Counted from the stretch's first letter, positions 11,398 to 21,352 are shown. The stretch: DNA of 64,000 bases from Bacteroidota bacterium (GCA_029974985.1 JARKQC010000227.1:88192-152191); one strand, 5' to 3'. Program-made: numbers and translations. Notes: generated by a model from the letters alone, not told the origin.

Positions 11398-12876
11398 TTA
11401 TTGACCAAATTTATCGCTTAGTTTTTTAAGATTATCTTTATCTTTAAGAATTTTTTCAAGTGCTACTTTTGTTTCGAGACCGCCTTTTTCGATACCAAGT
11501 TTTTTTGAAACTTCTGATAATTTTCTTTTATCTGTTGGGATAGATGATTCTTTTAAATTTTCGAGATTTTGGTTTTTAATTTTTCTTTGCTCTTCTGCTA
11601 AGTGCATAGCAAGTTGCAATTTAGCATTAATATTTGCGGCTGGATTTTGAGTAGTTTCGTTATCAATATTCTTTTTAGTAATAGTATCTAATAATTCAGC
11701 TAATGTTTGATTTTTAGGGCTTTCACTTGATTGAGTTTTCTCGGCTGTTTTTTTGTTTATTAAATTTTCATCAGGTTTTGCAATATCTTTTGGTTTATCT
11801 TCGATTTCTATTTTTTGATAAATATTTGTTGCCTGCTTAGGATTAACATAAGATTTTGCTTTATCTAATTCGGCATTGAACAAATTTTTAGTATTTTCAT
11901 TTTGCTTTGATTTTATAAGTAAAAGTGTTTTTTGTCTCCATTTTAAATATAAATATAATACACTTAGCCCAATAGCTCCAATAATAAATAATAATAACTC
12001 ATAATTATCTACAATAAATTTTATAAAAAAATTAGGAGTGTTAGTTTCTACTTTTGCAATATTTGTGCTGTCCTTACTAATATTATTAGTATCTAATGAT
12101 GAATTTTGCTCGAATAAATGTAAATTATCTATGTTAATAAATCTTAAATCGAGAAAATCGCTATCAAGCACATAATTAATTAATTCAAAATTTAATCTTA
12201 ATGGGCAATTACATTTTTTTCTAAAATTATTAATTAAAATTTTGGAATAATTTGTATCACCAAGATTAAAAGTAGAAATTGCTAAACCTGCTAATGCATC
12301 AATATTATTTGTATCAATTTGATAAGAATATTTGAAAGAGATTTCCGCCTCTTTAAAATATCCATATCTTAAATATGATAAAGCTAAAAATTGAACAGCT
12401 TGTTTATTGCCTTTTTTTGCAGCGTTATAATAATTTATAAATGCTTCTTCGTAAATTTTATCTTCTTCGGCAAGTAAGCCAGTGCGAAAAATATCCTCGT
12501 CGGTATCTAATTTGTCCCAAGCGAAAACATCAACTTCGATATGAGAACTAAATGGAAATCGAGATATAGTATAACCTCGTTTTTCTTTTGTTCGAATATT
12601 TATAGTAGTATTAGAATCTGTATTAATAATATAAATATCAGATATAATACCTAAACCACTTATTTGCTTGTGATTTTCATTAAATTTACATTTTTCAATA
12701 GATAAAGTTATTTTAGTTTTATCATCTGATAGTTTAGAGTTAATTTCTGGTATTGAATCAAAATATATTATTGCTTTATTTAAAGGATTTATAGCAATAG
12801 ATTTAATTTCATAAGAATATAATCTACAACTTATGATAATCAGGAAAAAAAATGATATTTTGAATTTTGTTAGCAT
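11398..12876 (-). CDS. Bitopic membrane protein: AMIN-like N-terminus, TPR/Sel1 repeats, TM helix, cytoplasmic tail
   Basis: Signal peptide, YYNAAKKGNKQAVQFLALSY repeat, TM LLLFIIGAIGLSVLYLYLKW, C-terminal VSKKLGIEKGGLE. Confidence 0.6.
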   Translation of the reverse strand: MLTKFKISFFFLIIISCRLYSYEIKSIAINPLNKAIIYFDSIPEINSKLSDDKTKITLSIEKCKFNENHKQISGLGIISDIYIINTDSNTTINIRTKEKRGYTISRFPFSSHIEVDVFAWDKLDTDEDIFRTGLLAEEDKIYEEAFINYYNAAKKGNKQAVQFLALSYLRYGYFKEAEISFKYSYQIDTNNIDALAGLAISTFNLGDTNYSKILINNFRKKCNCPLRLNFELINYVLDSDFLDLRFINIDNLHLFEQNSSLDTNNISKDSTNIAKVETNTPNFFIKFIVDNYELLLFIIGAIGLSVLYLYLKWRQKTLLLIKSKQNENTKNLFNAELDKAKSYVNPKQATNIYQKIEIEDKPKDIAKPDENLINKKTAEKTQSSESPKNQTLAELLDTITKKNIDNETTQNPAANINAKLQLAMHLAEEQRKIKNQNLENLKESSIPTDKRKLSEVSKKLGIEKGGLETKVALEKILKDKDNLKKLSDKFGQ

Positions 12877-14145
12877 TTATTTTTCTTTATCAATATCTTG
12901 ATTAATTAATTGAATTTTAAAAGTTGTGCCGTCAAAAGGCTTAGAAATACTTTCAATTCTGCCTTTATATAATTTTAGAATATTTTTTATTGTTTGAAAA
13001 TTATAATAAAAATTAGCTAATGATGTATTAGATTTAAGACTTTCGATTAATTCTTCATAAGTATTAAAATCATATCCTTTGCTTTCATCACGAATAGTAA
13101 TTTGGATAATTCGATTATTTAATTCTGTTACATTTATAAAAATTTTATTTCTCTCATTAGGGTTTATAGCAAAGAAATTAATAATTTGAATTAATACAAA
13201 TTCTAATTGTGGTTTTATAGCCTTAGTAAAAAGAGTAATATTATTATGAGTAAAATCAATAGAAATACCTTTAGATTTAATTTGAGTAGAAATTATATTT
13301 ACAGTTTCAGAAATCATTTCTACAATATTTATTATTTCAGGTTCGGTATTTTTTGCATCAATAGAAATATCAGATAACAAACTAATAGTCTCTTTTATTG
13401 AATTTAACTGTATTTTGATAATTTCCATTCGTCTAAGCGAATTTCCAAGTCCGCTTTCTATTAAATTTATATTCGATTCGATAATTTGTAATGGAAGAGA
13501 AATTTCTTTCAAAACTGCAAAAGAAATATCACCAAAGGTTGTTAGTGGGAGCGTTTTAACAAATCTATCGTTTAGCTCGAGTAATTTTTCTTTATAAGAA
13601 TTTGAAATATTATAATTGAAAAATATATTAATCCGATTTGCGGCAAAATTTGCTAATAATTTTATAAATTCAATTTTTGAAACATTAAGTTTGTCTTGTT
13701 TTTGTTCTGTAAACGCTATATAAACTCCAAGAGTTTTATTTTCACAAATAAATGGAATAATAAGAATACTTATATTATTATTATTTCCCGAAAGTTGTGA
13801 TTGTAAATCCATTATTAATTGAGGCTCTGAACTCGATACTGCCCAATCAATAATTCCTTCTTCAATCAAATATTCAATTCTTTGCCTTAGTTGAGAATTT
13901 TCAGTATTTTCATAATAATAAAAATCATATTCTTTATTATTATTAATTACTAAAATTTCGGATTCAATAGTTGTACAAATATTATTTAAATGCGTGGTAA
14001 AAAGAACATTTACATCATAAATACTATTTAATTTATTAAACTCATCAAAATATCTAATAATATCATTTGTAGAAAAATAAATATCAAGTGAATTATCTTC
14101 ATTATTACTCATCTTATCAATATTTTTATTATCTTCATTCTTCAT
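12877..14145 (-). CDS. GAF + histidine-kinase-like protein with degenerate H/N/G boxes (pseudokinase); likely start MKNED at 14145
   Basis: GAF IIPFICENKTLGVY; H-box position reads VLKEISLPL; ends GRIESISKPFDGTTFKIQL. Confidence 0.75.
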   Translation of the reverse strand: MKNEDNKNIDKMSNNEDNSLDIYFSTNDIIRYFDEFNKLNSIYDVNVLFTTHLNNICTTIESEILVINNNKEYDFYYYENTENSQLRQRIEYLIEEGIIDWAVSSSEPQLIMDLQSQLSGNNNNISILIIPFICENKTLGVYIAFTEQKQDKLNVSKIEFIKLLANFAANRINIFFNYNISNSYKEKLLELNDRFVKTLPLTTFGDISFAVLKEISLPLQIIESNINLIESGLGNSLRRMEIIKIQLNSIKETISLLSDISIDAKNTEPEIINIVEMISETVNIISTQIKSKGISIDFTHNNITLFTKAIKPQLEFVLIQIINFFAINPNERNKIFINVTELNNRIIQITIRDESKGYDFNTYEELIESLKSNTSLANFYYNFQTIKNILKLYKGRIESISKPFDGTTFKIQLINQDIDKEK

Positions 14146-14146
14146 A

Positions 14147-15088
14147 TCAATCAACTTGTAACTCATTAAATATATTTGCATTTGCATACTCTTCGAGTAG
14201 TTCTGTTTTAAGCACATATATTGCACTTTCGGTATCCATCATATCATTTTGGGTAAAATCACCAAATACTTCACTTGATAAATAAAATTCTGGATATGGC
14301 GCGTCGTTAAGCCAAGAAGTAAATCCAAGTAAATGGGCAAACCACTCTGATAACGAAACTATTGCAGTAAGCGGTTGATCAATTTCATTCATTAAATTAT
14401 CATCGTCGGCAATATATGAATCATCATTTTTAAAATATTTTAAAAAATAGGAATAATTAATATGGTGATTTCTTATCGAGGCTACTAATTTTTCGGGTAA
14501 ATTCCATTTTTCTGCAAGCCAAGCACCAATTTCGGAATGGGTACATTCCATTATTGCTTGTTCGGCATCAATTAAATTAACATTATGAGTTTTGATATAT
14601 TTTTTAATTTCGACATATTTGGGTGTAAAATATTCAGCAATAATAAGAATACCAATGTCGTGCATTAATCCAGCAACGAAAGCCTCACCCGCAAGTTTGT
14701 AACCAAGTTTTCTTGATAAATATCTCGATGATGAACCGCAAAAAAGTCCATATTGCCAGAACTCTTTGATATTAAAGACTTTTGTATTGACTTTTGAGAA
14801 AAATCTCTGAACAACTAAACTTAATACTATTTCTTTAAGTGTGTTAAAACCAAGAATTACAATAGCAAGGTCAATAGTTGAAATTTTCCGGGAATATCCA
14901 TAAAATGGTGAGTTTGCAATTCGTAGCACTCTTATAGTAAGAGCTTGGTCTTTTTCAATAATTTTTGCAAGGCTCGCCGCACTCGATTTTGGATTATCTA
15001 TTGCTGATAATAGCTCGGATACGACAATCGGAATTGTCGGCAAATTACGAATAGATTCGAGTTTATTTTGTACCTTTTTATTAAACAT
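14147..15088 (-). CDS. HDOD domain protein
   Basis: LPTIP, DQALTIRVLRIANSPFYG, AGLMHDIG, HSEIGAWLAEKWNLP. Confidence 0.92.
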   Translation of the reverse strand: MFNKKVQNKLESIRNLPTIPIVVSELLSAIDNPKSSAASLAKIIEKDQALTIRVLRIANSPFYGYSRKISTIDLAIVILGFNTLKEIVLSLVVQRFFSKVNTKVFNIKEFWQYGLFCGSSSRYLSRKLGYKLAGEAFVAGLMHDIGILIIAEYFTPKYVEIKKYIKTHNVNLIDAEQAIMECTHSEIGAWLAEKWNLPEKLVASIRNHHINYSYFLKYFKNDDSYIADDDNLMNEIDQPLTAIVSLSEWFAHLLGFTSWLNDAPYPEFYLSSEVFGDFTQNDMMDTESAIYVLKTELLEEYANANIFNELQVD

Positions 15089-15860
15089 TGTCGTAATTAT
15101 TCATTTTTGTTCTAAGTTCTCTAATCGTTTCAGAATGAATTTGCGAAACTCTACTTTCGGACACACCAAGCACTTGTCCAATTTCTTTAAAGTTCAAATT
15201 TTCAAAATAATATAAAGTAATTACATTCCTTTTATTTTCTTTTAAATTAGCTATTGACCTACTTAAAATCATTTCTTTTTCATTATCAAGAATATCACTA
15301 AGGAAATCTTGTGAATCATCTGGAATTTCTTCTAAAAAATTCACTTCTTCATCTTCGTTTATAATCGCTTTTAAAGAGCTATCAGTAATTGGAATTGTTG
15401 CTTTGGCATCGCTTGCGGCAACTAAATAATTTCTATATTGTTCGGGACTAATATTTAGTTCTTTTATAATATCAGATTCACTTACACCCTTATCTTGATT
15501 TATTTGTATAGTATCAACTATATTTTTATATTCATTTGCTTTTTTTCTTGCCGAGCGTGATAACCAATCTAATTTCCGCATTTCATCTTGGATTCTACCT
15601 TTAATGCGTCTAATAGCATAAGATTCGAATTTAACTCCTCTATCAAGTTCAAATCTATCAATAGCTTCGCTTAATCCCAACACTCCATAATTAATAAAAT
15701 CTTCTTCTTCTAAAATAGTATTAACGGGTAAAACCATGCGACTAATTGTATATTTAATTAATTTAATATAATTCAAAATAAGAGTTTGTTTAGCAGACTG
15801 AACAGACTCATTTTTGTATAAGTTCCATATATAATCAATATCAATAGATTTATTAGACAT
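15081..15860 (-). CDS. fliA: RNA polymerase sigma-28 factor FliA/WhiG
   Basis: GVLGLSEAIDRF..GVKFESYA..DEMRKLDW; LNFKEIGQVLGVSESRVSQIH; flhFG context. Confidence 0.93.
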   Translation of the reverse strand: MSNKSIDIDYIWNLYKNESVQSAKQTLILNYIKLIKYTISRMVLPVNTILEEEDFINYGVLGLSEAIDRFELDRGVKFESYAIRRIKGRIQDEMRKLDWLSRSARKKANEYKNIVDTIQINQDKGVSESDIIKELNISPEQYRNYLVAASDAKATIPITDSSLKAIINEDEEVNFLEEIPDDSQDFLSDILDNEKEMILSRSIANLKENKRNVITLYYFENLNFKEIGQVLGVSESRVSQIHSETIRELRTKMNNYDNV

Positions 15861-15882
15861 TTTTCCCTAAAATATTATCGAA

Positions 15883-16398
15883 CTATGGTTTAAATTCACT
15901 ATTTAAGACTTCTTCAAGATAAGCTTCTTCGTCAGATAATTTTTTCTTTTTCGAAGTGCTATCCTCGCTTTTATTAGTTGTTTTTGCTTTATTTTTAGTT
16001 AATTCTTTTTCAATATTCTCAATTTCTGTTAATTCTGATTTATATTTTGCCATTTCCAAATTTTCTTTTTGTACTTGCTCTCTAATTAATTTTTCCTCAT
16101 ATTCTTGTTTAATTTTTTCACTTTTAAAATGAAAATATAATATCATACCTATACCAAAACCAAAAAATATAGTAGCAAATCCAAAAAATGAGGTTATTAG
16201 AGCAGATATTAATCCTTCTGAAATGCTGAAATAAGAATAAATAAAAGTAATTAAGCTAACAATAAGAGAGATATAAAAAAGTGCATTCATTGGTGAGCTA
16301 ACTATTTTTTGTAGTTTTTTTCTCTCTTGAGCAACTTTTTTCTGATATTTTTTCTCTCTATCGCTCGGTTTTTTATTATTTGTTTCTTTTTTTGCCAT
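15883..16398 (-). CDS. Hypothetical 2-TM protein with C-terminal coiled coil
   Basis: Two hydrophobic segments and a charged tail; inside the flhF-fliA operon. Confidence 0.7.
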   Translation of the reverse strand: MAKKETNNKKPSDREKKYQKKVAQERKKLQKIVSSPMNALFYISLIVSLITFIYSYFSISEGLISALITSFFGFATIFFGFGIGMILYFHFKSEKIKQEYEEKLIREQVQKENLEMAKYKSELTEIENIEKELTKNKAKTTNKSEDSTSKKKKLSDEEAYLEEVLNSEFKP

Positions 16399-16406
16399 AA
16401 TACCAT

Positions 16407-17219
16407 CTACGAATTAATATTAACATCAATATAGCTATGATTTGCTATTTCATTAAAAAATCTACTTTTAATTATTGAAGCAATATCATTTAATGATTTA
16501 GCAGATTCATCGAATTCATAATTATTTACTAATATTTCTTGTCTTTGTATAGACAGACGAAAATTTCGACTATAAGGAACGAATCCGAGAAGACTAAATT
16601 TAATATTCAAAAATTTATTTGTTGCAAGATTTAATTTTTGTGAAATTTCTATTGCATCATCAGAATCAATTACATTATTTACTAATATTGCTATTTTATT
16701 TGGATTAACATAGTTAATTAGAATTTTTACTAATCCATAGGCATCTAATAATGATGTTGGCTCGTCGGTAATCATTATAATTACTAAATCAGATTGGCCG
16801 CAAATTTCTAAAAGTTGTTCTGAAATTCCAGATTGAGTATCAATTAATAAATAATCAAAACTATTCAAATCTTTGATATTTTGAATAACTTGGCTTAGCG
16901 ATGCGGCGGTATCATATTGCTCATTATATTCAACGGGTGAATCAACAAGTAAATGAATATTTGGCAATACTTCATAAAGTGCGTTTTCTGTATCAACTTT
17001 TCCATTTAATACATTTGTAAGACGTATGGGAGGCTCGACACCAAAAATTATTTGTTGATTTGGTAAATTTAATACACTATCCAAAACAATTACTTCATCA
17101 TTATTCTTAGCAAGGCACGCAGAAAGGTTTGCAGTTATAACGCTTTTGCCCACACCACCTTTACCACTACAAATTGTAATAGTTTTTGTTCTTAAATATT
17201 TATCAGTGTCCTTTTTCAT
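16407..17219 (-). CDS. flhG: FlhG/FleN MinD-like ATPase
   Basis: SGKGGVGKS, EPTSLLDAYGLVK; between flhF and fliA. Confidence 0.88.
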   Translation of the reverse strand: MKKDTDKYLRTKTITICSGKGGVGKSVITANLSACLAKNNDEVIVLDSVLNLPNQQIIFGVEPPIRLTNVLNGKVDTENALYEVLPNIHLLVDSPVEYNEQYDTAASLSQVIQNIKDLNSFDYLLIDTQSGISEQLLEICGQSDLVIIMITDEPTSLLDAYGLVKILINYVNPNKIAILVNNVIDSDDAIEISQKLNLATNKFLNIKFSLLGFVPYSRNFRLSIQRQEILVNNYEFDESAKSLNDIASIIKSRFFNEIANHSYIDVNINS

Positions 17220-17223
17220 AATA

Positions 17224-18342
17224 TTAATCCTTGATAGCTAATTTCCCAAGAATTACTTTTTCTGCGGGCTCTATATCATCTGGAATTTTCACACCAGAAG
17301 TCAAATATGATATTGGTAATTTATAATTTTTTATGGCTGTCAAAAGGCTTGCTATTGTCTCAGATTCATCTGTTTTTGTAATAATAATTCCATCAATAGT
17401 AATTGATTTTAAGTTTGATAATACAGATTTTGCATTTAATTCTGAAATAGTTGCTGGAATTGTTAGATAAATAATATCGGGTGCAATCATTTTAGATAAA
17501 TCAGTTATTTGTGAAAGTTGTTCTTTATCTTTTTGTGTAAAACCTGTAGAATCTACAAAAATAAAATCTTTGGTCTTGTTGTCCGAAATAATTTTTAATA
17601 ATTCATCATTGGAATAACTTGTTCGATAAGAAATACCAGCTATCGAAGAATAAGTTTCTAACTGCTCTGCGGCACCTACTTTATAAGAATCTGCAGAAAC
17701 GATTAAACTATTAGCATTTTGTATGAGTTTACTAATAATTGCAAGTTTAACAAGCGTCAATGTTTTCCCACTACCGTTTGTTCCAACAAAAAGTATAACT
17801 CTGCATTTATTGCTTTTTTGTATTGTTTTGCCAAGCTCGATACCTTCTAATAAAATTTTCCTTGCCTCATATACAGCTTCGTCAATTTCTTTTATATTTC
17901 CTATATTTGATAAGCGATTAACTATTCGTAGCGATTCTTCTTCATTAATATCAAGTTTTCTTAATTTTTTATATACAAGTGAATATAAATTCCCCAAAGT
18001 AGCTAAATTTTTAAATTTAATATTATCAGAAATTTCAGAAATCATAGTCTTGATAATATCGAGTTCGCCCATTATAATTTCATTATTATTTGCAACATTT
18101 TGTTTAGATAATCTACTCATCATAACATTTGTGCTTTCCACATTTTCTTTAACAACTTTTTTAGCTCTGGCGGCTTCTTTATTAATTGATTCATCAATAG
18201 CGGCTACAATTTCTACAGCGACATTGCCATTACTATCTTTAAAAGTACGATTAGATAATATTACGGCATCATCGCCAAGCTCCTCAAAAACAAGGCGTTT
18301 ACCTTCTTTAATATCTTTTGCCGTAAATTTCTTTATTTTCAT
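17224..18342 (-). CDS. flhF: FlhF SRP-family GTPase
   Basis: MKIKKFTA..ELGDDAVILS..VEIVAA B-domain; GSGKT, AAEQL, TKTDE, GVKIPDDI. Confidence 0.9.
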   Translation of the reverse strand: MKIKKFTAKDIKEGKRLVFEELGDDAVILSNRTFKDSNGNVAVEIVAAIDESINKEAARAKKVVKENVESTNVMMSRLSKQNVANNNEIIMGELDIIKTMISEISDNIKFKNLATLGNLYSLVYKKLRKLDINEEESLRIVNRLSNIGNIKEIDEAVYEARKILLEGIELGKTIQKSNKCRVILFVGTNGSGKTLTLVKLAIISKLIQNANSLIVSADSYKVGAAEQLETYSSIAGISYRTSYSNDELLKIISDNKTKDFIFVDSTGFTQKDKEQLSQITDLSKMIAPDIIYLTIPATISELNAKSVLSNLKSITIDGIIITKTDESETIASLLTAIKNYKLPISYLTSGVKIPDDIEPAEKVILGKLAIKD

Positions 18343-18380
18343 ACTAAATTTAAAAAAATATTATAAATAAAATTAATTAA

Positions 18381-18396
18381 GAAAAAATTATGCCAA
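18381..18396 (-). promoter_or_regulatory. Possible sigma-54 -24/-12 promoter for the flhF operon
   Basis: Minus strand TTGGCATAATTTTTTC = GG-N10-TC, mismatched at the -12 GC; ~40 nt upstream of flhF. Confidence 0.35.
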
Positions 18397-18598
18397 TTAT
18401 ATAAATTTTCAACTATTTATATAATATATTTTTGATTTGATACTTTAATTTTGTTATCATAAATTTTAATTTTTTAATAAGTCAAAAAATATTAATTTTT
18501 ATTGTAATTTAGCATAGCTTGTCTATACTTGCTATTTTATTAATATAATATTTGTTATTTTTGAACAATTTTAATCTTATAAATAAATTTTTTAAAAA

Positions 18599-19699
18599 AT
18601 GACTAAAAAAAAATTACCTGAATGGGCGCCAGAAAATGCGGGAAAAGAATTTGCAAGCTCGGTTATGCCCGGTGTAAAAATTGAAAATAAATTAAAGAAA
18701 AAAGTCGTTAAAAGACCACAATTATCCATTGATGATTATTATTATGGTATTTTAAACCAAAATAGAGTAATATTATCAAAAGCTATTACTTTAATAGAAA
18801 GCAATAATACTAATCATATACAAAAAAGTCAAGAATTAATTAAAAAAATAATTCCTTATTCTGGAAAGTCTGTTAGAATTGGTATTACTGGTCCACCAGG
18901 TGCGGGAAAAAGTACTTTTATCGAATCATTAGGACTTTTTTTATCCAAAAATTCTTTGAAAGTAGCAGTCCTTGCAATTGACCCAAGTTCTACTGTTACA
19001 AAGGGTTCTATACTTGGTGATAAAACCCGTATGGAACTATTATCAAGAGAAGATAATGCTTATATTCGTCCATCTCCATCGAGCGGAACTCTTGGAGGAG
19101 TTGCACAAAAAACCCGCGAAACTATTTTATTATGTGAAGCAGCGGGCTTCGATGTTATTCTAATCGAAACAATTGGGGTAGGTCAAAATGAAATAACTGT
19201 TCGTTCTATGGTGGATTTCTTTTTATTAATATTATTGCCCGGCTCCGGAGATGAATTACAAGGAATAAAAAAAGGTGTTGTCGAACTTGCCGATTTAATC
19301 GTTATCAATAAAGCAGATGGCGATTATAAAGAGCGTGCTTCTATAACTCAAGCCGCATACACAAGTGCATTAAGATTGCTTGAATCTCCAACCGAAGGAA
19401 TTAAGCCAAAAGTAATGACAAGCTCGGCAATAAATCATATTGGAATTGAAAATGTTTGGTCTTATATTAATGAATTTATGATTCATATTAAAAATACTAA
19501 AATTTTTGAAAAAAGAAGAAATGAACAAATGCTGTATTGGGTAAATTCTATGCTCGAAGAAGCGATTTTGATCAATTTCTTTAATAATCCTAAAATTAAA
19601 GAATTAAAAAAAGAATTAGATACTAAGGTTTTAAATGCTCAAATTACTCCAAGTAATGCAGTGTTCGCTTTATTAGAAGAATATTTTGGAAATAAATAA
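18599..19699 (+). CDS. meaB: Methylmalonyl-CoA mutase-associated GTPase MeaB/ArgK
   Basis: GPPGAGKST, AIDPSS, ILGDKTRM, ETIGVGQ, GDELQGIKKG, INKAD. Confidence 0.96.
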   Translation: MTKKKLPEWAPENAGKEFASSVMPGVKIENKLKKKVVKRPQLSIDDYYYGILNQNRVILSKAITLIESNNTNHIQKSQELIKKIIPYSGKSVRIGITGPPGAGKSTFIESLGLFLSKNSLKVAVLAIDPSSTVTKGSILGDKTRMELLSREDNAYIRPSPSSGTLGGVAQKTRETILLCEAAGFDVILIETIGVGQNEITVRSMVDFFLLILLPGSGDELQGIKKGVVELADLIVINKADGDYKERASITQAAYTSALRLLESPTEGIKPKVMTSSAINHIGIENVWSYINEFMIHIKNTKIFEKRRNEQMLYWVNSMLEEAILINFFNNPKIKELKKELDTKVLNAQITPSNAVFALLEEYFGNK

Positions 19700-20302
19700 A
19701 TGAAAGTTTTACTTGCAAGTAATAATCGCCATAAAGCAGATGAATTTATACAAATTTTTAAAAATGAGAATGTTAATATTTCATTGGGACTTGCCGAAGA
19801 TTTCTTTTTATCGGGGTTAGAAGTCGAAGAAAATGCTAATACTTTTAATGAAAATGCTTTAATTAAAGCAATGGCTTTCTCGAAAGCGGCAGGGATGCCC
19901 GCAATTGCTGATGATAGCGGACTCGAAATTGATGCTCTTGATTTAAGACCGGGCGTATTTTCAGCAAGATATTCGGGCGACAATGCAAATGATAAATCTA
20001 ATAGAATGAAAGTATTAGACGAAATGAAAAATATACCCGAAAATGAAAGATTAGCAAGATTTATTTGCGTAATTTGCTATTATGATAATCATAATATAAT
20101 TTACGGCGAAGGAAAAGTAGAAGGAAAAATAATTTTTGAAGAAAAAGGTAATGGGGGTTTCGGTTATGATACTATATTTGTTCCTATAAATCATAATCTT
20201 ACTTTTGCTGAAATGAATCAAGATGAAAAAAATGCTATAAGCCACCGCAGAAATGCAATTTTAGACTTAATTAATAATTTAAAAAGTAAAAATATTATTT
20301 AA
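19700..20302 (+). CDS. rdgB: Non-canonical purine NTP pyrophosphatase (Ham1)
   Basis: LASNNRHK, ENALIKA, ADDSGL, GFGYD, SHRR. Confidence 0.96.
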   Translation: MKVLLASNNRHKADEFIQIFKNENVNISLGLAEDFFLSGLEVEENANTFNENALIKAMAFSKAAGMPAIADDSGLEIDALDLRPGVFSARYSGDNANDKSNRMKVLDEMKNIPENERLARFICVICYYDNHNIIYGEGKVEGKIIFEEKGNGGFGYDTIFVPINHNLTFAEMNQDEKNAISHRRNAILDLINNLKSKNII

Positions 20303-20420
20303 TTGATTGATACTAGTAAATAATAATTATTCTCAACGATAGCAAAGTATCAATATTTGTTGATAGTTGATAGTGGATTGTTAGTAGGTTGTGCATTCCA
20401 GATTGACGAGTTTAAAAAAA

Positions 20421-20458
20421 CCGCCCAACACAAAAACATATTGGGCGACTTGAAAAAT
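20421..20458 (-). terminator. Terminator hairpin, copy 1 of an exact 38-bp direct repeat
   Basis: ccgcccaacacaaaaacatattgggcgacttgaaaaat; CGCCCAA/TTGGGCG stem with T-tract on minus; identical to 22407-22444. Confidence 0.85.
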
Positions 20459-20476
20459 TTTAAAAGAAGATTGGTA

Positions 20477-21319
20477 TTAATCCACTAAAAATATGGTAGT
20501 ATTATATTCACTTACGCCAAGTAAAATTATCTTCTTACCGTTTGATAGTGTCTGAATAACTGGCTCATAAGATGTTACTGTTATATCGTAGTAAATGTTT
20601 ACTAATGATAAAAGACTTAGTCTCAGCGAATCTATCGTATAAGCACCTGTATTAGTAGTCATCACATAAGAACCAACAGTTTGACCTATCGCCCCTTCTT
20701 CAGGATTGGTATGACGAATTTCAACTTTCACATATCCATTAGAATAACCACCAATCCACTCTACAGGAATACCATTCTGACGTGATAAAGTGTCATCTCT
20801 ATGAATATTTGTAATTTCTATTCTATTAGAGAATGATACTTGACCAAAAGTACTATCTGGTAATAAACTATTATTAAGACATTCGATGTAGTACTTATTA
20901 TTACCAACACCAAAATATAGTTCGAGTTTATCAGGTCCTACTTTTGAATATGCACCTTTACTATACTCTTTAAGTAAGGAAGCATTAACTAATAAATTTT
21001 CTACTGTTATCGGCTTATTCGTTGCATCTCTAAATGTTGCTTCTGCGTAATTATCAATACCATCGTAAGGTTTATATTCAGTTATACTTCCAAAATTCTT
21101 CCAATTTATAGTGTAATCGTTTCTCTTCTCAGATCTGCACTCAATAACACCTACTAAATCGGGAGTGTTCAGATATGATTGTATTAAATCACTCTCATTT
21201 TCGATTGTACCGGTTGTAGAATTTTGATTTTTACCTGTATTCACAATATTATCCCTATCGCAAGATGATAATAATATCATCGCAACGGCAAATAAAAGAA
21301 TTATTTTTATTTTATACAT
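20477..21319 (-). CDS. Hypothetical lipoprotein
   Basis: Lipobox LLSSC, AGGAG upstream, 280-aa beta-rich ORF. Confidence 0.75.
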   Translation of the reverse strand: MYKIKIILLFAVAMILLSSCDRDNIVNTGKNQNSTTGTIENESDLIQSYLNTPDLVGVIECRSEKRNDYTINWKNFGSITEYKPYDGIDNYAEATFRDATNKPITVENLLVNASLLKEYSKGAYSKVGPDKLELYFGVGNNKYYIECLNNSLLPDSTFGQVSFSNRIEITNIHRDDTLSRQNGIPVEWIGGYSNGYVKVEIRHTNPEEGAIGQTVGSYVMTTNTGAYTIDSLRLSLLSLVNIYYDITVTSYEPVIQTLSNGKKIILLGVSEYNTTIFLVD

Positions 21320-21352
21320 TTTAATGTACTCCTAATTGGTTATTAATTAATT

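Noticed and set aside
20358-20392. Imperfect TTGATAG heptamer repeats after rdgB
   Set aside because: Two to three degenerate units in low-complexity sequence; no function supportable.
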